NCBI GenBank assembly: GCA_964544915.1
Contig: CAZJDY010000013.1
Span: forward strand, 10,487-74,486
Direction: 5' to 3'
From: an uncultured Methanomassiliicoccaceae archaeon
Lineage (GTDB): Archaea > Thermoplasmatota > Thermoplasmata > Methanomassiliicoccales > JACIVX01
Length of the DNA stretch: 64,000 nucleotides
In this document: positions 36,031 through 44,415 of the stretch, piece after piece
Position numbering within the stretch: the first letter of the stretch is position 1
How the letters are laid out: every line of letters begins with the position of its first letter
Position numbers and translations under genes: made by a program
Notes under the pieces: model-generated
What the model was told of the DNA's origin: nothing
The model's input: only the letters and a program-made list of their open reading frames with translations
The model's database searches: none

Positions 36031-37995
36031 CTACGCGTTCTGCACTTCCGCCAACGGCAGTTCAACGATGAACTTCGCGCCCTTCGTATGATCGCCTTTG
36101 ACTCTATCCTCGACCCAGATCCTGCCATGATATTTATCCACAAGTGTCTTCACTATGGTCAATCCAAGCCCGGAACCCTTCGGGGCCCTCACCGATCCCT
36201 CCGCGAAGCGCCGCTCGAAGACGCGCTGCTTGTTGTCGTCCGAGACACCGGGCCCCATGTCCTCTACCTCGACCCTGCATATCCCTCTCGCCTTGTCGAC
36301 TTCTCTTCTGACCACGACTTGCTCGGGGGCGCCGTGTTTCACCGCGTTCGTTAAGATGTTCACATACAGATGCGTGAGCGCCTTGTTCGCGACGACATAG
36401 ACGTCTTGCAGATTCTCTGCGCTCTTCTGTTCGAAAATGATGTTCGAGACATCGAACCTGCCTTTCGTGACTTCCATGGCGTCGTTCAACTGCGTCATCA
36501 GATTGATTGGCTCGAGCTTGACCTCCTTCTCCTCAATTGTCTTGATTAAGAACTGGACGTCGGCGAGGAAGTTGCTGAGTCTCTCGAGGGAGCTGAGCGC
36601 CTTCTTGAGGTACCTTGTCTGGGCCTCCTGATTTCCCAAGTTCTCATCCGCAAGAGCGACGTACGAGATTACAGGGACGATGTAGTTAGTAGCGTCGTGC
36701 AAAATGATGTCGTTGTACAGTGCGACAAGGCCCGAGCTCCTTCTCAGGCTCTCGTACAACTGAGAGTTCTCCAGTGGGTAACCTAGCATTAGCGAGGCCG
36801 CCTCGAGACTCGCCTGATCGTTGAGCGTGAAGTCGTGAGGGGCGCTGGAACACATGCATAGCACTCCTATCGTATTCGTGTGCCCTTTTAGCGGGAGGAG
36901 GATTGCCGATTCCATCTCCGGCATCGTATCGGCGAGCCGCGGGTCCTTATTTCCTTCCTTGATGATGACCATCTGTCCCTTTGAGATGACGGTCTCTTTG
37001 AAGACCTCGGGGAAGTGGCTTACGCCGTTCCATTCAAGGTTGGGATTCTCCAGGTTAGCTGTGGCGACCTTCTCGATGTTGCCGCTGACGCTGTTGACGA
37101 TGAACGCCGTTCCCTTTTGGAAATCGAAGAGCCTCATTGTCATCTCGAGTGCGGCGCTGACAATCTTCCTAGAATCGAATGAGATGGATGAGATCAGACC
37201 CAATTGACTGAGCACCTCGAGTATTTTATTGCGGTCCTTCAGTTCTTCTTCGAGCTTGACCCGCTCAGTCATGTCCTGTCCGATGCCGAGGAAACCCTCC
37301 GTCTCGTTCTGGTCGTTCATTAGGAAGTTGACGGTCCAGTTCACCTTGACGAGGTCCCCACGTTTTGTGAGCATAGACGCGATGCCCTGAGGCGTCTCCT
37401 TGGTCTGCATGGTCTTCCACATGAGGTTGAGCAGCTTCTCGTGGTCATTCTCCGGAACAAGGAGTTCGAAGAAGTTCCTTCCCAACGCTTCCTGTTTGAG
37501 ATATCCAAGGGCCGCTTCAGCGCCGTGATTGAACAGCGTGATCCTTCCCTTCATGTCCGTCCCGACTATTATGCTTGAAGCGGTTTCGACCAGGCTCTCA
37601 AAGCGTCGTTTCTCCACCCCAATCGCGTTCGTCAGAGCAAGCTGCTCAGTGAGGTCTCTGACAATCCCTTGCACCCAGGGCCGCCCGTTCTGGCCCATGA
37701 CAATCTGAACGTGCGTTTCACAGTTCTTCACCTTGCCGTCCTTCGTCACGAGGTCGACGATGTACTTGACGGGGGGCCGCTCGCCTATCATCCTACTTTT
37801 GAAGTGCTCGCTTGAAACCGATCTCGACTCGGGCGTCATGAGATCAAAGAAAGACTTCCCTAGGATTTCTTCACTCTTGTAGCCCAGCATGTATTCGATT
37901 GCTGGGCTTACATAGACCGTGTTGCCGGAAGTGTCGAGAAGATATATCAGATCCTGGCTGTTCTCTACTATCGATCGGAAGTCGAGACGCTCCAT
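36031..37995 (-). CDS. Sensor histidine kinase with PAS-PAS-GAF input domains (no adjacent response regulator)
   Basis: 654 aa. Two PAS-like blocks (SIVENSQDLIYLLD..., ETASSIIVGTDMKGRITLFN...), a GAF-like middle region, and HATPase_c motifs VEDMGPGV and GSGLGLTIV. Confidence 0.85.
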   Translation of the reverse strand: MERLDFRSIVENSQDLIYLLDTSGNTVYVSPAIEYMLGYKSEEILGKSFFDLMTPESRSVSSEHFKSRMIGERPPVKYIVDLVTKDGKVKNCETHVQIVMGQNGRPWVQGIVRDLTEQLALTNAIGVEKRRFESLVETASSIIVGTDMKGRITLFNHGAEAALGYLKQEALGRNFFELLVPENDHEKLLNLMWKTMQTKETPQGIASMLTKRGDLVKVNWTVNFLMNDQNETEGFLGIGQDMTERVKLEEELKDRNKILEVLSQLGLISSISFDSRKIVSAALEMTMRLFDFQKGTAFIVNSVSGNIEKVATANLENPNLEWNGVSHFPEVFKETVISKGQMVIIKEGNKDPRLADTMPEMESAILLPLKGHTNTIGVLCMCSSAPHDFTLNDQASLEAASLMLGYPLENSQLYESLRRSSGLVALYNDIILHDATNYIVPVISYVALADENLGNQEAQTRYLKKALSSLERLSNFLADVQFLIKTIEEKEVKLEPINLMTQLNDAMEVTKGRFDVSNIIFEQKSAENLQDVYVVANKALTHLYVNILTNAVKHGAPEQVVVRREVDKARGICRVEVEDMGPGVSDDNKQRVFERRFAEGSVRAPKGSGLGLTIVKTLVDKYHGRIWVEDRVKGDHTKGAKFIVELPLAEVQNA

Positions 37996-38174
37996 CGTTC
38001 AGTCCATCCGCCCGTCGTGATTCGAACATCGGACTCGTCTCAGCGGCTCTTAAATGTTATGTGAGTATTCTCAGGAATGATCGCAGATTGACCAAAATGA
38101 GAATAGGAGATTGGAAAAAAAGAGGGGGAAGGATTGTTGATATGCATGGTGAATGCAGGCGGTCTCGTCCGCTA

Positions 38175-38543
38175 TCAGGCCTTTGCCATCGACGGCATCT
38201 CGGTTATTTGCGCGGTCATATCGATGTCGTAGTTGTAGTCCTCGGTCGTCCCGTCGATCATCTCTAGCTTCGCCCTTATCTTATTCCTCTCGAAGATGAT
38301 CTGTGCGTTTTTGACCCTCGACTTGTACATGCTGATTCTCTTACCTGCCTGCGTGAGCCTCCTCTCGCTGCAGAACAAAAGCCCTGCACCTTCGAGGATG
38401 TTGATCTTGCGGTAGCATGCCGCGATCGGTATGCCCAGATTGTCGCTGAGCTCGAACGCGCTTCTCGGCTTTCCCATTGTCGCGAGCAGAATCTTAGCGG
38501 AATATTCCTCCGTCAAGAGCCTCGATGTTTCGAGTGCGTGCAT
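38175..38543 (-). CDS. ArsR/TrmB-like winged helix-turn-helix transcriptional regulator
   Basis: 122 aa. AKILLATMGKPRSAFELSDNLGIPIAACYRKINILEGAGLL has the wHTH pattern. Confidence 0.7.
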   Translation of the reverse strand: MHALETSRLLTEEYSAKILLATMGKPRSAFELSDNLGIPIAACYRKINILEGAGLLFCSERRLTQAGKRISMYKSRVKNAQIIFERNKIRAKLEMIDGTTEDYNYDIDMTAQITEMPSMAKA

Positions 38544-38842
38544 CTTATCCTCGGAGACAAAGCAGCGGCGGTACCCTATTTAAATTATCTCGATTGATTA
38601 TCACTTCTGATTTCTCGAAATGTGCAGTTCCAGATGTCCAATTCTTCGCAGTTATTTGTATAGAGTCTCGATATCAATAATGAAAAATATCGTTAGCGAT
38701 TTGAAGGCATCGAGCGAGGAGGCAACGATCGCTTCGCGCGAGAAGATAAGAGAATGCGGAGAGTGTGGACAGGACAAAGCTTCATATATTCAGCTTCTCC
38801 ATCTATCCTACTGGGATAGTTCCCCTTACGGAGGAAAAGAGA

Positions 38843-38926
38843 ATGTCCTGCGGAAAATGCGGACCGAAGACGAAGGTGAAGACGATGGCGACGAAGAAGA
38901 AGGCGACAAAGAAAAAGAAGAAGTAA
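38843..38926 (+). CDS. Possible 27-aa micro-protein with a single CxxCG knuckle and a poly-lysine tail
   Basis: MSCGKCGPKTKVKTMATKKKATKKKKK. GGAGG lies 8 nt upstream of the ATG. It competes with an acidic low-complexity frame of the listed ORF 38620..38988. Confidence 0.35.
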   Translation: MSCGKCGPKTKVKTMATKKKATKKKKK

Positions 38927-39194
38927 GGGACCGGTTATCGGCCCGGGTGGGCCGGAGTAGCTGGAACCGAGAGATCTGTAGACGGTGATTCACCGTCTGA
39001 GCCCTTCTAAAGCGGCTCATCGTCTGCCCAATTGTCTACACTCTTACCTTCGCTCAATGTGTTTGACTTTTTCTGTAAACTGCGCGGGAATCCTACTCGA
39101 CATCCTCGTGTTAGTGAGAGAATGCATGAAGAATTCATGCCACGAGATCGAGAGATGGGATTTTTTAATTTTCTGAATAATATATAATTAATCA

Positions 39195-39848
39195 TTATGC
39201 TTCTTTTTTCGGCTTGCCTCTCACAGCATTGACGATTCTGTTCCATCCGGATTCAATCCTGCTCTGGAATCCGGAAACGTCCAGACCTGCGGTAAAAGCT
39301 CCGATCAGCACTCCGAAGACCGCCCCCGAAATGACATCGAGAGGGAAATGCACGCCGACGTATAGTCTGCTAAAACCCACGAAGACTGCGAGCAACGACA
39401 AGGGTGCAAGGAGCTTCTTGCTCCTCAATCCGAGCACGGCGGCAGCGGCAAAGGTGCCCTCCGTGTGACCCGAGGGGAAGGAAGGATTCGTGGGATTGAA
39501 TAGTGCGAACGCGTCGGGAAAGACCTCGAACGGGCGAGGTCTATCGATGATATACTTCACGCTGCCGCCTATCGAAATGTGAATGAGTATCGCGACGAGC
39601 AGGTAGGTTGCTAGCGTCCTCTTGCCGAAGATCCAGAGAACGAAGACAATGATGAACCAGAATGCGAACGATCCAAGCTCGGTCAGCGCCCTGAAGATAG
39701 GATCGAAGCTCGGGTTCCAGGAGCTGTTGATGTTCAAGAACAGCGACTCATCCGCCGAGACGATGTTCCCGCACGTCAAGAACAGCGAGAAAGTGATTAT
39801 CATGACAAACAGGAGAACAAGGATCGCGGAGGACCTGTTGAACCTCAA
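39195..39848 (-). CDS. PAP2-family membrane phosphatase
   Basis: All three PAP2 motifs: KYIIDRPRP, PSGHT and SRLYVGVHFPLD. Confidence 0.88.
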   Translation of the reverse strand: MRFNRSSAILVLLFVMIITFSLFLTCGNIVSADESLFLNINSSWNPSFDPIFRALTELGSFAFWFIIVFVLWIFGKRTLATYLLVAILIHISIGGSVKYIIDRPRPFEVFPDAFALFNPTNPSFPSGHTEGTFAAAAVLGLRSKKLLAPLSLLAVFVGFSRLYVGVHFPLDVISGAVFGVLIGAFTAGLDVSGFQSRIESGWNRIVNAVRGKPKKEA

Positions 39849-39926
39849 TCGGAAAGCACCTCCCCCGATATCGTCTCAGGAGGCATTAATCCATGCCGCG
39901 CTCTACAATCATAAAGTGTTTAAGCT

Positions 39927-40781
39927 ATGTCCACGAATATTCTATCGGTGTTCGAGAAGATTCTGCTCCCGATAGATTTCTCCGAGCAATCGCTAATGAT
40001 GCTCGACTGCGTCGCCGAGCTCAGGCAGTTCGGCTCCGAGGAGGTTGTTCTTCTACATGTCACCCCAAAGGACGTGAAGGTGACTAACGATCAGATGCTT
40101 GTCGTCGAGGATATCGTCAAACGACTCGAGGGTCAAGGATTCAAGGCGCGGTTCGCCAGCATCGAAGGCGATCCGGTATCGATCATCGCGGACGTAGCTG
40201 AGAGAGAGTCCGTAACGCTCGTCACCATGGCATCCAGCGGGAAGGGGAGGGCCCATGAGTTCCTTCTCGGCAGCACCTCCTTCGGCGTCATCAGGAAGAC
40301 CGCAAAGCCGGTCCTTCTCAACAAGCTAGAAGTCATCGAGGACGAAGGAAGAAGAAAGGTGAGACGTGCCTGCGAATTCCTTTTCCGAACTGCCCTGGTT
40401 CCTATCGACTTGTCGGTCTGCACGGACAGGATGAAGGAAACGTTGGACCACCTGTCGAGGAAGGGATTGAAGAATGTCGTCTTGCTTCATGTGATTGAAT
40501 CGACGAAGTATGGCGTCGGGGATGACAAGCGTTTCGTCGAGGTGAAGGCGAGGATGGAGGAGCTGAAGAAGGACCTTCAGTCTGAGGATTTCGTGGTCTC
40601 TACGCATGTCCATTACGGAACCCCCATTTACAACATCTTGGAGGTGTCGAGGGAGGTGGAAGCGTCGTTGATCATTATCGGACGGAGCGGGAAGAGCTTC
40701 CTTAAGGGCCTTGCTCTCGGTAGCACGTCCGAAGAGGTCATACGCAGGGCCACGGTTCCTTTGCTTGTCATCTCCTGTTAA
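39927..40781 (+). CDS. Universal stress protein, tandem UspA domains
   Basis: 284 aa. Two Usp halves, each ending in a G-x2-G-x9-G(S/T)-like ATP-binding block (GSTSFGVIRK, GSTSEEVIRR). Confidence 0.85.
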   Translation: MSTNILSVFEKILLPIDFSEQSLMMLDCVAELRQFGSEEVVLLHVTPKDVKVTNDQMLVVEDIVKRLEGQGFKARFASIEGDPVSIIADVAERESVTLVTMASSGKGRAHEFLLGSTSFGVIRKTAKPVLLNKLEVIEDEGRRKVRRACEFLFRTALVPIDLSVCTDRMKETLDHLSRKGLKNVVLLHVIESTKYGVGDDKRFVEVKARMEELKKDLQSEDFVVSTHVHYGTPIYNILEVSREVEASLIIIGRSGKSFLKGLALGSTSEEVIRRATVPLLVISC

Positions 40782-40805
40782 GGTACCGTTTTTCTCCCTG
40801 GCATC

Positions 40806-41456
40806 ATGCCGACATTTTTAGGTATCGACCGAGCGATACAAGAGTCGATGGTGAGACAGCAGATCGAGATCGCCCTCTCTTGGACGGCAGTGATTTCCCT
40901 CTTCCTCGCGACGGAGTATGCGATATTTTCTATCAATCTCTTCTGGACGATCATGGGATTCTGGGCGCTTTGTATCGCCGTGCTTCCCGCAGTCGTCAGG
41001 AGGAACCTCAGGAACATCCTCCCGTCGGAACTGCTGTTCCTGATAACGATACCGTTCTACCTCTACCTTGTCCCCCACGGGCTCGGATGGAACGACAGGT
41101 TCTACTACGACAATCTGCTGAGGGCTTCGCAGGTCATGGCGACGTTCTTCATCGGTTTCGTGATGGTAATGGACCTCCATGCATACACGAGCCTAAGGAT
41201 GAACAGAGTGCTCGCCGTCGCCTTCACGGTCCTGCTCACGATGGCCCTGAGCAGTTTCTTCGCGATCGCTGATTTCGCATCCAATCAGCTCTTCGGCATG
41301 AGCATCGTCTCGAGCAACACCGAGCTCATGATGAACCTCGTCTACAGCTTCTTCGGCGGAATAGCGATGGGGATCATCCTGACCTTGTACCTGAGACACA
41401 TGCCAATGCAAAGGCTCCGTACATTCAGCATCGGAAGGATCGGTGGCGAGCAATGA
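40806..41456 (+). CDS. Integral membrane protein, degenerate paralogue of the downstream gene
   Basis: 216 aa, about 6 TM segments. Shares ...GG.A.....LYLRH and overall topology with 41453..42091, but its acidic motif positions are substituted. Confidence 0.6.
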   Translation: MPTFLGIDRAIQESMVRQQIEIALSWTAVISLFLATEYAIFSINLFWTIMGFWALCIAVLPAVVRRNLRNILPSELLFLITIPFYLYLVPHGLGWNDRFYYDNLLRASQVMATFFIGFVMVMDLHAYTSLRMNRVLAVAFTVLLTMALSSFFAIADFASNQLFGMSIVSSNTELMMNLVYSFFGGIAMGIILTLYLRHMPMQRLRTFSIGRIGGEQ

Positions 41457-42091
41457 ACAAGGTATGGTGGGAGAGGTTCCTCTCGTATTTCTTCCAAGCG
41501 CTGTTGCTCGTCATGTTCATTGTCGGTCTGTTCGACGGAGACTTGTACGCCGCCGGCTCGGCCCTCTTCGGCTTCGGGTTCGTCTCGATACCATGGTTCC
41601 TAAGAAGGGAGAAGATCATGGTGATACCGTTCGAGCTTACCCTCTGGATATTCATTGCGATCTTCCTCCACAACTTCGGCGTACTGATGGGATTCTACAG
41701 CACAATCTGGTGGTGGGACAAGCTCACGCACTTCCTGTCGACCTCTCTCATAGCTGTCTTCGGATTCGTCGGGATCGTGATAGTGGACAAGTACGTCGAC
41801 GCGATCCACTTGCCACCGAGGTTCCTGCCGTTCTTCATCGTCGTCTTCGTCTCGGCGATGGGCGTCTTCTGGGAGATCGTCGAGTTCACGCTTGACTCAT
41901 TGCTAGGAACGCACATGCAGTACTCGCTAGCCGATACTGCGACCGACCTCGTGTCCGACACGCTCGGGGGACTGGCGATCGCCGCGATCGGTCCATTGTA
42001 TCTTCGACATCGTTCGGTCGATGACCTCGCTCAAGAAATGAAGGTTGAGAAGACCGTCAAGAGGATAACGAGGAGGAATCACAAGGACTGA
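41453..42091 (+). CDS. Integral membrane protein with conserved acidic motifs (possibly DUF2238/YjdF-like)
   Basis: 212 aa. WWDKLTHFLS, VFWEIVEFTLDS and ADTATDLVSDTLGGLAIAAIGPLYLRH. Its start overlaps the upstream stop (ATGA). The family assignment is uncertain. Confidence 0.6.
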   Translation: MNKVWWERFLSYFFQALLLVMFIVGLFDGDLYAAGSALFGFGFVSIPWFLRREKIMVIPFELTLWIFIAIFLHNFGVLMGFYSTIWWWDKLTHFLSTSLIAVFGFVGIVIVDKYVDAIHLPPRFLPFFIVVFVSAMGVFWEIVEFTLDSLLGTHMQYSLADTATDLVSDTLGGLAIAAIGPLYLRHRSVDDLAQEMKVEKTVKRITRRNHKD

Positions 42092-42136
42092 TGCCGCGGT
42101 CACGGTCTTGCTTTCCGGGTCTTCGAACGCCCTTGG

Positions 42137-43018
42137 CTAATCTTTGTTGTCCCCTTTCCCGGTCTTCTCTAGGTTCTCCCGCATGAAATCGCGCATAGGT
42201 CCGGAGAACTGTGGATGGGCAAGGGTCAGCTCAAAGTTCGTCTTCATCCAGCCTAGCTTATCCCCGATGTCATATCGGGTCCCCTCGAACCAATATCCAT
42301 AGATCTTCTCCTTCTTCCTCAGGATTCTGAGCGCATCGGTGAGCTGGACCTCTCCGTTCGTGCCTGGAGTGGTCTCCTCGATGCAATCGAAGATGCCTGG
42401 CGTTAGAACGTAGGTCCCGGTTATCCCTATGTTCGACGGCGCATTCTCCGGCCTCGGCTTCTCGACCAGATTGTCGATCAGGTAGAGGCGCTCCTTCACG
42501 AGCTTGCCGTCGATGATCCCGTAGTCGGAGATCTTCTCCTTCGCGACCGGCTCGACTGCGAGAACTGACGCCCCGACCTCCTCGTGCGCGTTCATCAGCT
42601 GCTTCACGACCGGAACCTTCGATATGTTAATAGTGTCTCCGAGCATCACCGCGAACGGCTCCATCCCGATGTGGTTCCTCGCGCAGTGTATCGCGTCCCC
42701 TAGACCCCTCGGCACCTTCTGCCTGATGTAGTGGATGTCCGCCATGTTCGTGATCCGCCGGATCTCCTTGAGCTCCTTAGTCTTGCCCTGCCTCTCCAGG
42801 ACCGACTCCAGTTCCGGGGACTTGTCGAAGTGATCCTCTATCGCCCGCTTGCCCGCACCCGTCACGATGATGATGTCGGTGATCCCTGCCGTGATTGCCT
42901 CCTCCACCACGTACTGTATCGTCGGCTTGTCGACGATTGGTAGCATCTCCTTCGGCTGAACCTTCGTCATCGGCAGGAACCTTATGCCCAGACCAGCTGC
43001 AGGTATGATTGCCTTCAT
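42137..43018 (-). CDS. galU: UTP--glucose-1-phosphate uridylyltransferase
   Basis: MKAIIPAAGLGIRFLPMTKVQPKEMLPIVDKPTIQYVVEEA and VPRGLGDAI motifs. Confidence 0.9.
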   Translation of the reverse strand: MKAIIPAAGLGIRFLPMTKVQPKEMLPIVDKPTIQYVVEEAITAGITDIIIVTGAGKRAIEDHFDKSPELESVLERQGKTKELKEIRRITNMADIHYIRQKVPRGLGDAIHCARNHIGMEPFAVMLGDTINISKVPVVKQLMNAHEEVGASVLAVEPVAKEKISDYGIIDGKLVKERLYLIDNLVEKPRPENAPSNIGITGTYVLTPGIFDCIEETTPGTNGEVQLTDALRILRKKEKIYGYWFEGTRYDIGDKLGWMKTNFELTLAHPQFSGPMRDFMRENLEKTGKGDNKD

Positions 43019-43022
43019 CTGT

Positions 43023-44294
43023 TCACCAGCAGATCCCCTCGTAGTTCTTGGTTCTGACGACTCCTCTGCCGTCGATGATTAGCTTCGACCCATAAAGTCC
43101 TGGGTCTGCGTACTCTGGCCATTCCGTGATGATCATAACCGCATCGCTCCCCCTCACGCACTCCATCGGAGAAGAACAGTAATCGAGCTTCGGGAACTCC
43201 CTCCTGAAGTTCTCCATGGCCTGCGGATCGTGACAGCGCACTACCGCTCCCTTCATGAGGAGCTCCTTCACGATCACCTTCGACCTCGCGTCCCTTATGT
43301 CGTCGGTGTCCGGCTTGAACGCCAGACCGAGCACCGCGATCTTCTTCCCTTTGACATCCATGTGCTTCTCGAGGAGCTCGATCATCTTCAATGGCTGGGT
43401 CTTGTTGACCTCGAGTATCGAGTCGAGCATAACTGGGTCCAGGCCCCTCCTCCTCGCCTCCGAGGCCAGGCCAGAAACGTCCTTCGGGAAGCAACTGCCC
43501 CCGAAACCGCATCCCGCTCTTAGGAACTGGGATCCTATCCTCTTGTCGTACCCCATACCCTTCGCCACATCCCTGACGTCGATACCTAGGGTCTTGCATA
43601 TGTCCCCGATCTCATTGATGAAGGATATCTTCGCGGCCAGGAAGGCGTTTGAGGCGACCTTGATCATCTCTGCCGTCGACAGATTCACTTTGACGATCGG
43701 GCAGTCGAAGGATGCGTAGAGTGTGCGAACCGCCTTCGCGGACACCTTGTCCAATGCACCGATGACAACCCTGTCCGGCTTCATGAAGTCCTTGACCGCC
43801 GACCCTTCCTTCAGGAACTCCGGGTTGACCGCCAGTCCGAATTCCCGGCCAGCTTTCTTCCCTGAGGCACGTTCCAGCGCCGGAAGGATCACGGTCTCGG
43901 TGGTCGTCGGGACGACAGTGCTCTTGACGACAACAACATGATACTCACTCTTCTTCCTCAGCGCCTTCCCGACATCCTCCGCGGCCCGCTTCACCGCCAT
44001 GAGATCCATGGAGCCGTCTTTCCTCGACGGCGTCCCGACGCATATGAAGGTGATATCTGTCTGGAGCAGCCCGTCGGTACTTCCAGCCACTCTGAAATTG
44101 CCCTTCCTCAAGTGTTTCGTCAGCAGCCTGTCGACCCCGGGCTCGTGAATCGGGGTCTGGCCTTGCTTGAGCAATTCGATCTTCTCCGGGACGTTGTCTA
44201 TGCACAGGACCTCGTGACCGAGTTCGCAGAAGCAGACTCCCGTCACGAGGCCGACGTATCCCGTGCCGATTATCGATATCCTCAATCGCTTCAC
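43023..44294 (-). CDS. ugd: UDP-glucose 6-dehydrogenase
   Basis: IIGTGYVGLVTGVCF NAD fold and the catalytic-Cys motif GFGGSCFPKD. 423 aa. Confidence 0.9.
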   Translation of the reverse strand: MKRLRISIIGTGYVGLVTGVCFCELGHEVLCIDNVPEKIELLKQGQTPIHEPGVDRLLTKHLRKGNFRVAGSTDGLLQTDITFICVGTPSRKDGSMDLMAVKRAAEDVGKALRKKSEYHVVVVKSTVVPTTTETVILPALERASGKKAGREFGLAVNPEFLKEGSAVKDFMKPDRVVIGALDKVSAKAVRTLYASFDCPIVKVNLSTAEMIKVASNAFLAAKISFINEIGDICKTLGIDVRDVAKGMGYDKRIGSQFLRAGCGFGGSCFPKDVSGLASEARRRGLDPVMLDSILEVNKTQPLKMIELLEKHMDVKGKKIAVLGLAFKPDTDDIRDARSKVIVKELLMKGAVVRCHDPQAMENFRREFPKLDYCSSPMECVRGSDAVMIITEWPEYADPGLYGSKLIIDGRGVVRTKNYEGICW

Positions 44295-44415
44295 CTGATC
44301 CTCGTTCCATCAAGCATGGACTATCTGGTTCAAATCCTTATCTGCCTAGCTTTCCCACTCCGAAGTTCAGCGGACGAGAGTTCGGGCGCGCGAGAACAGC
44401 GTCAAACCTTCTGGC

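Noticed and set aside
44327-44337. tRNA T-loop-like strings: GGTTCAAATCC here and GTTCGAATCC at 63815-63824
   Set aside because: The flanking bases cannot form a T-stem, and no acceptor, D or anticodon arms can be drawn. I found no tRNA gene in the window.
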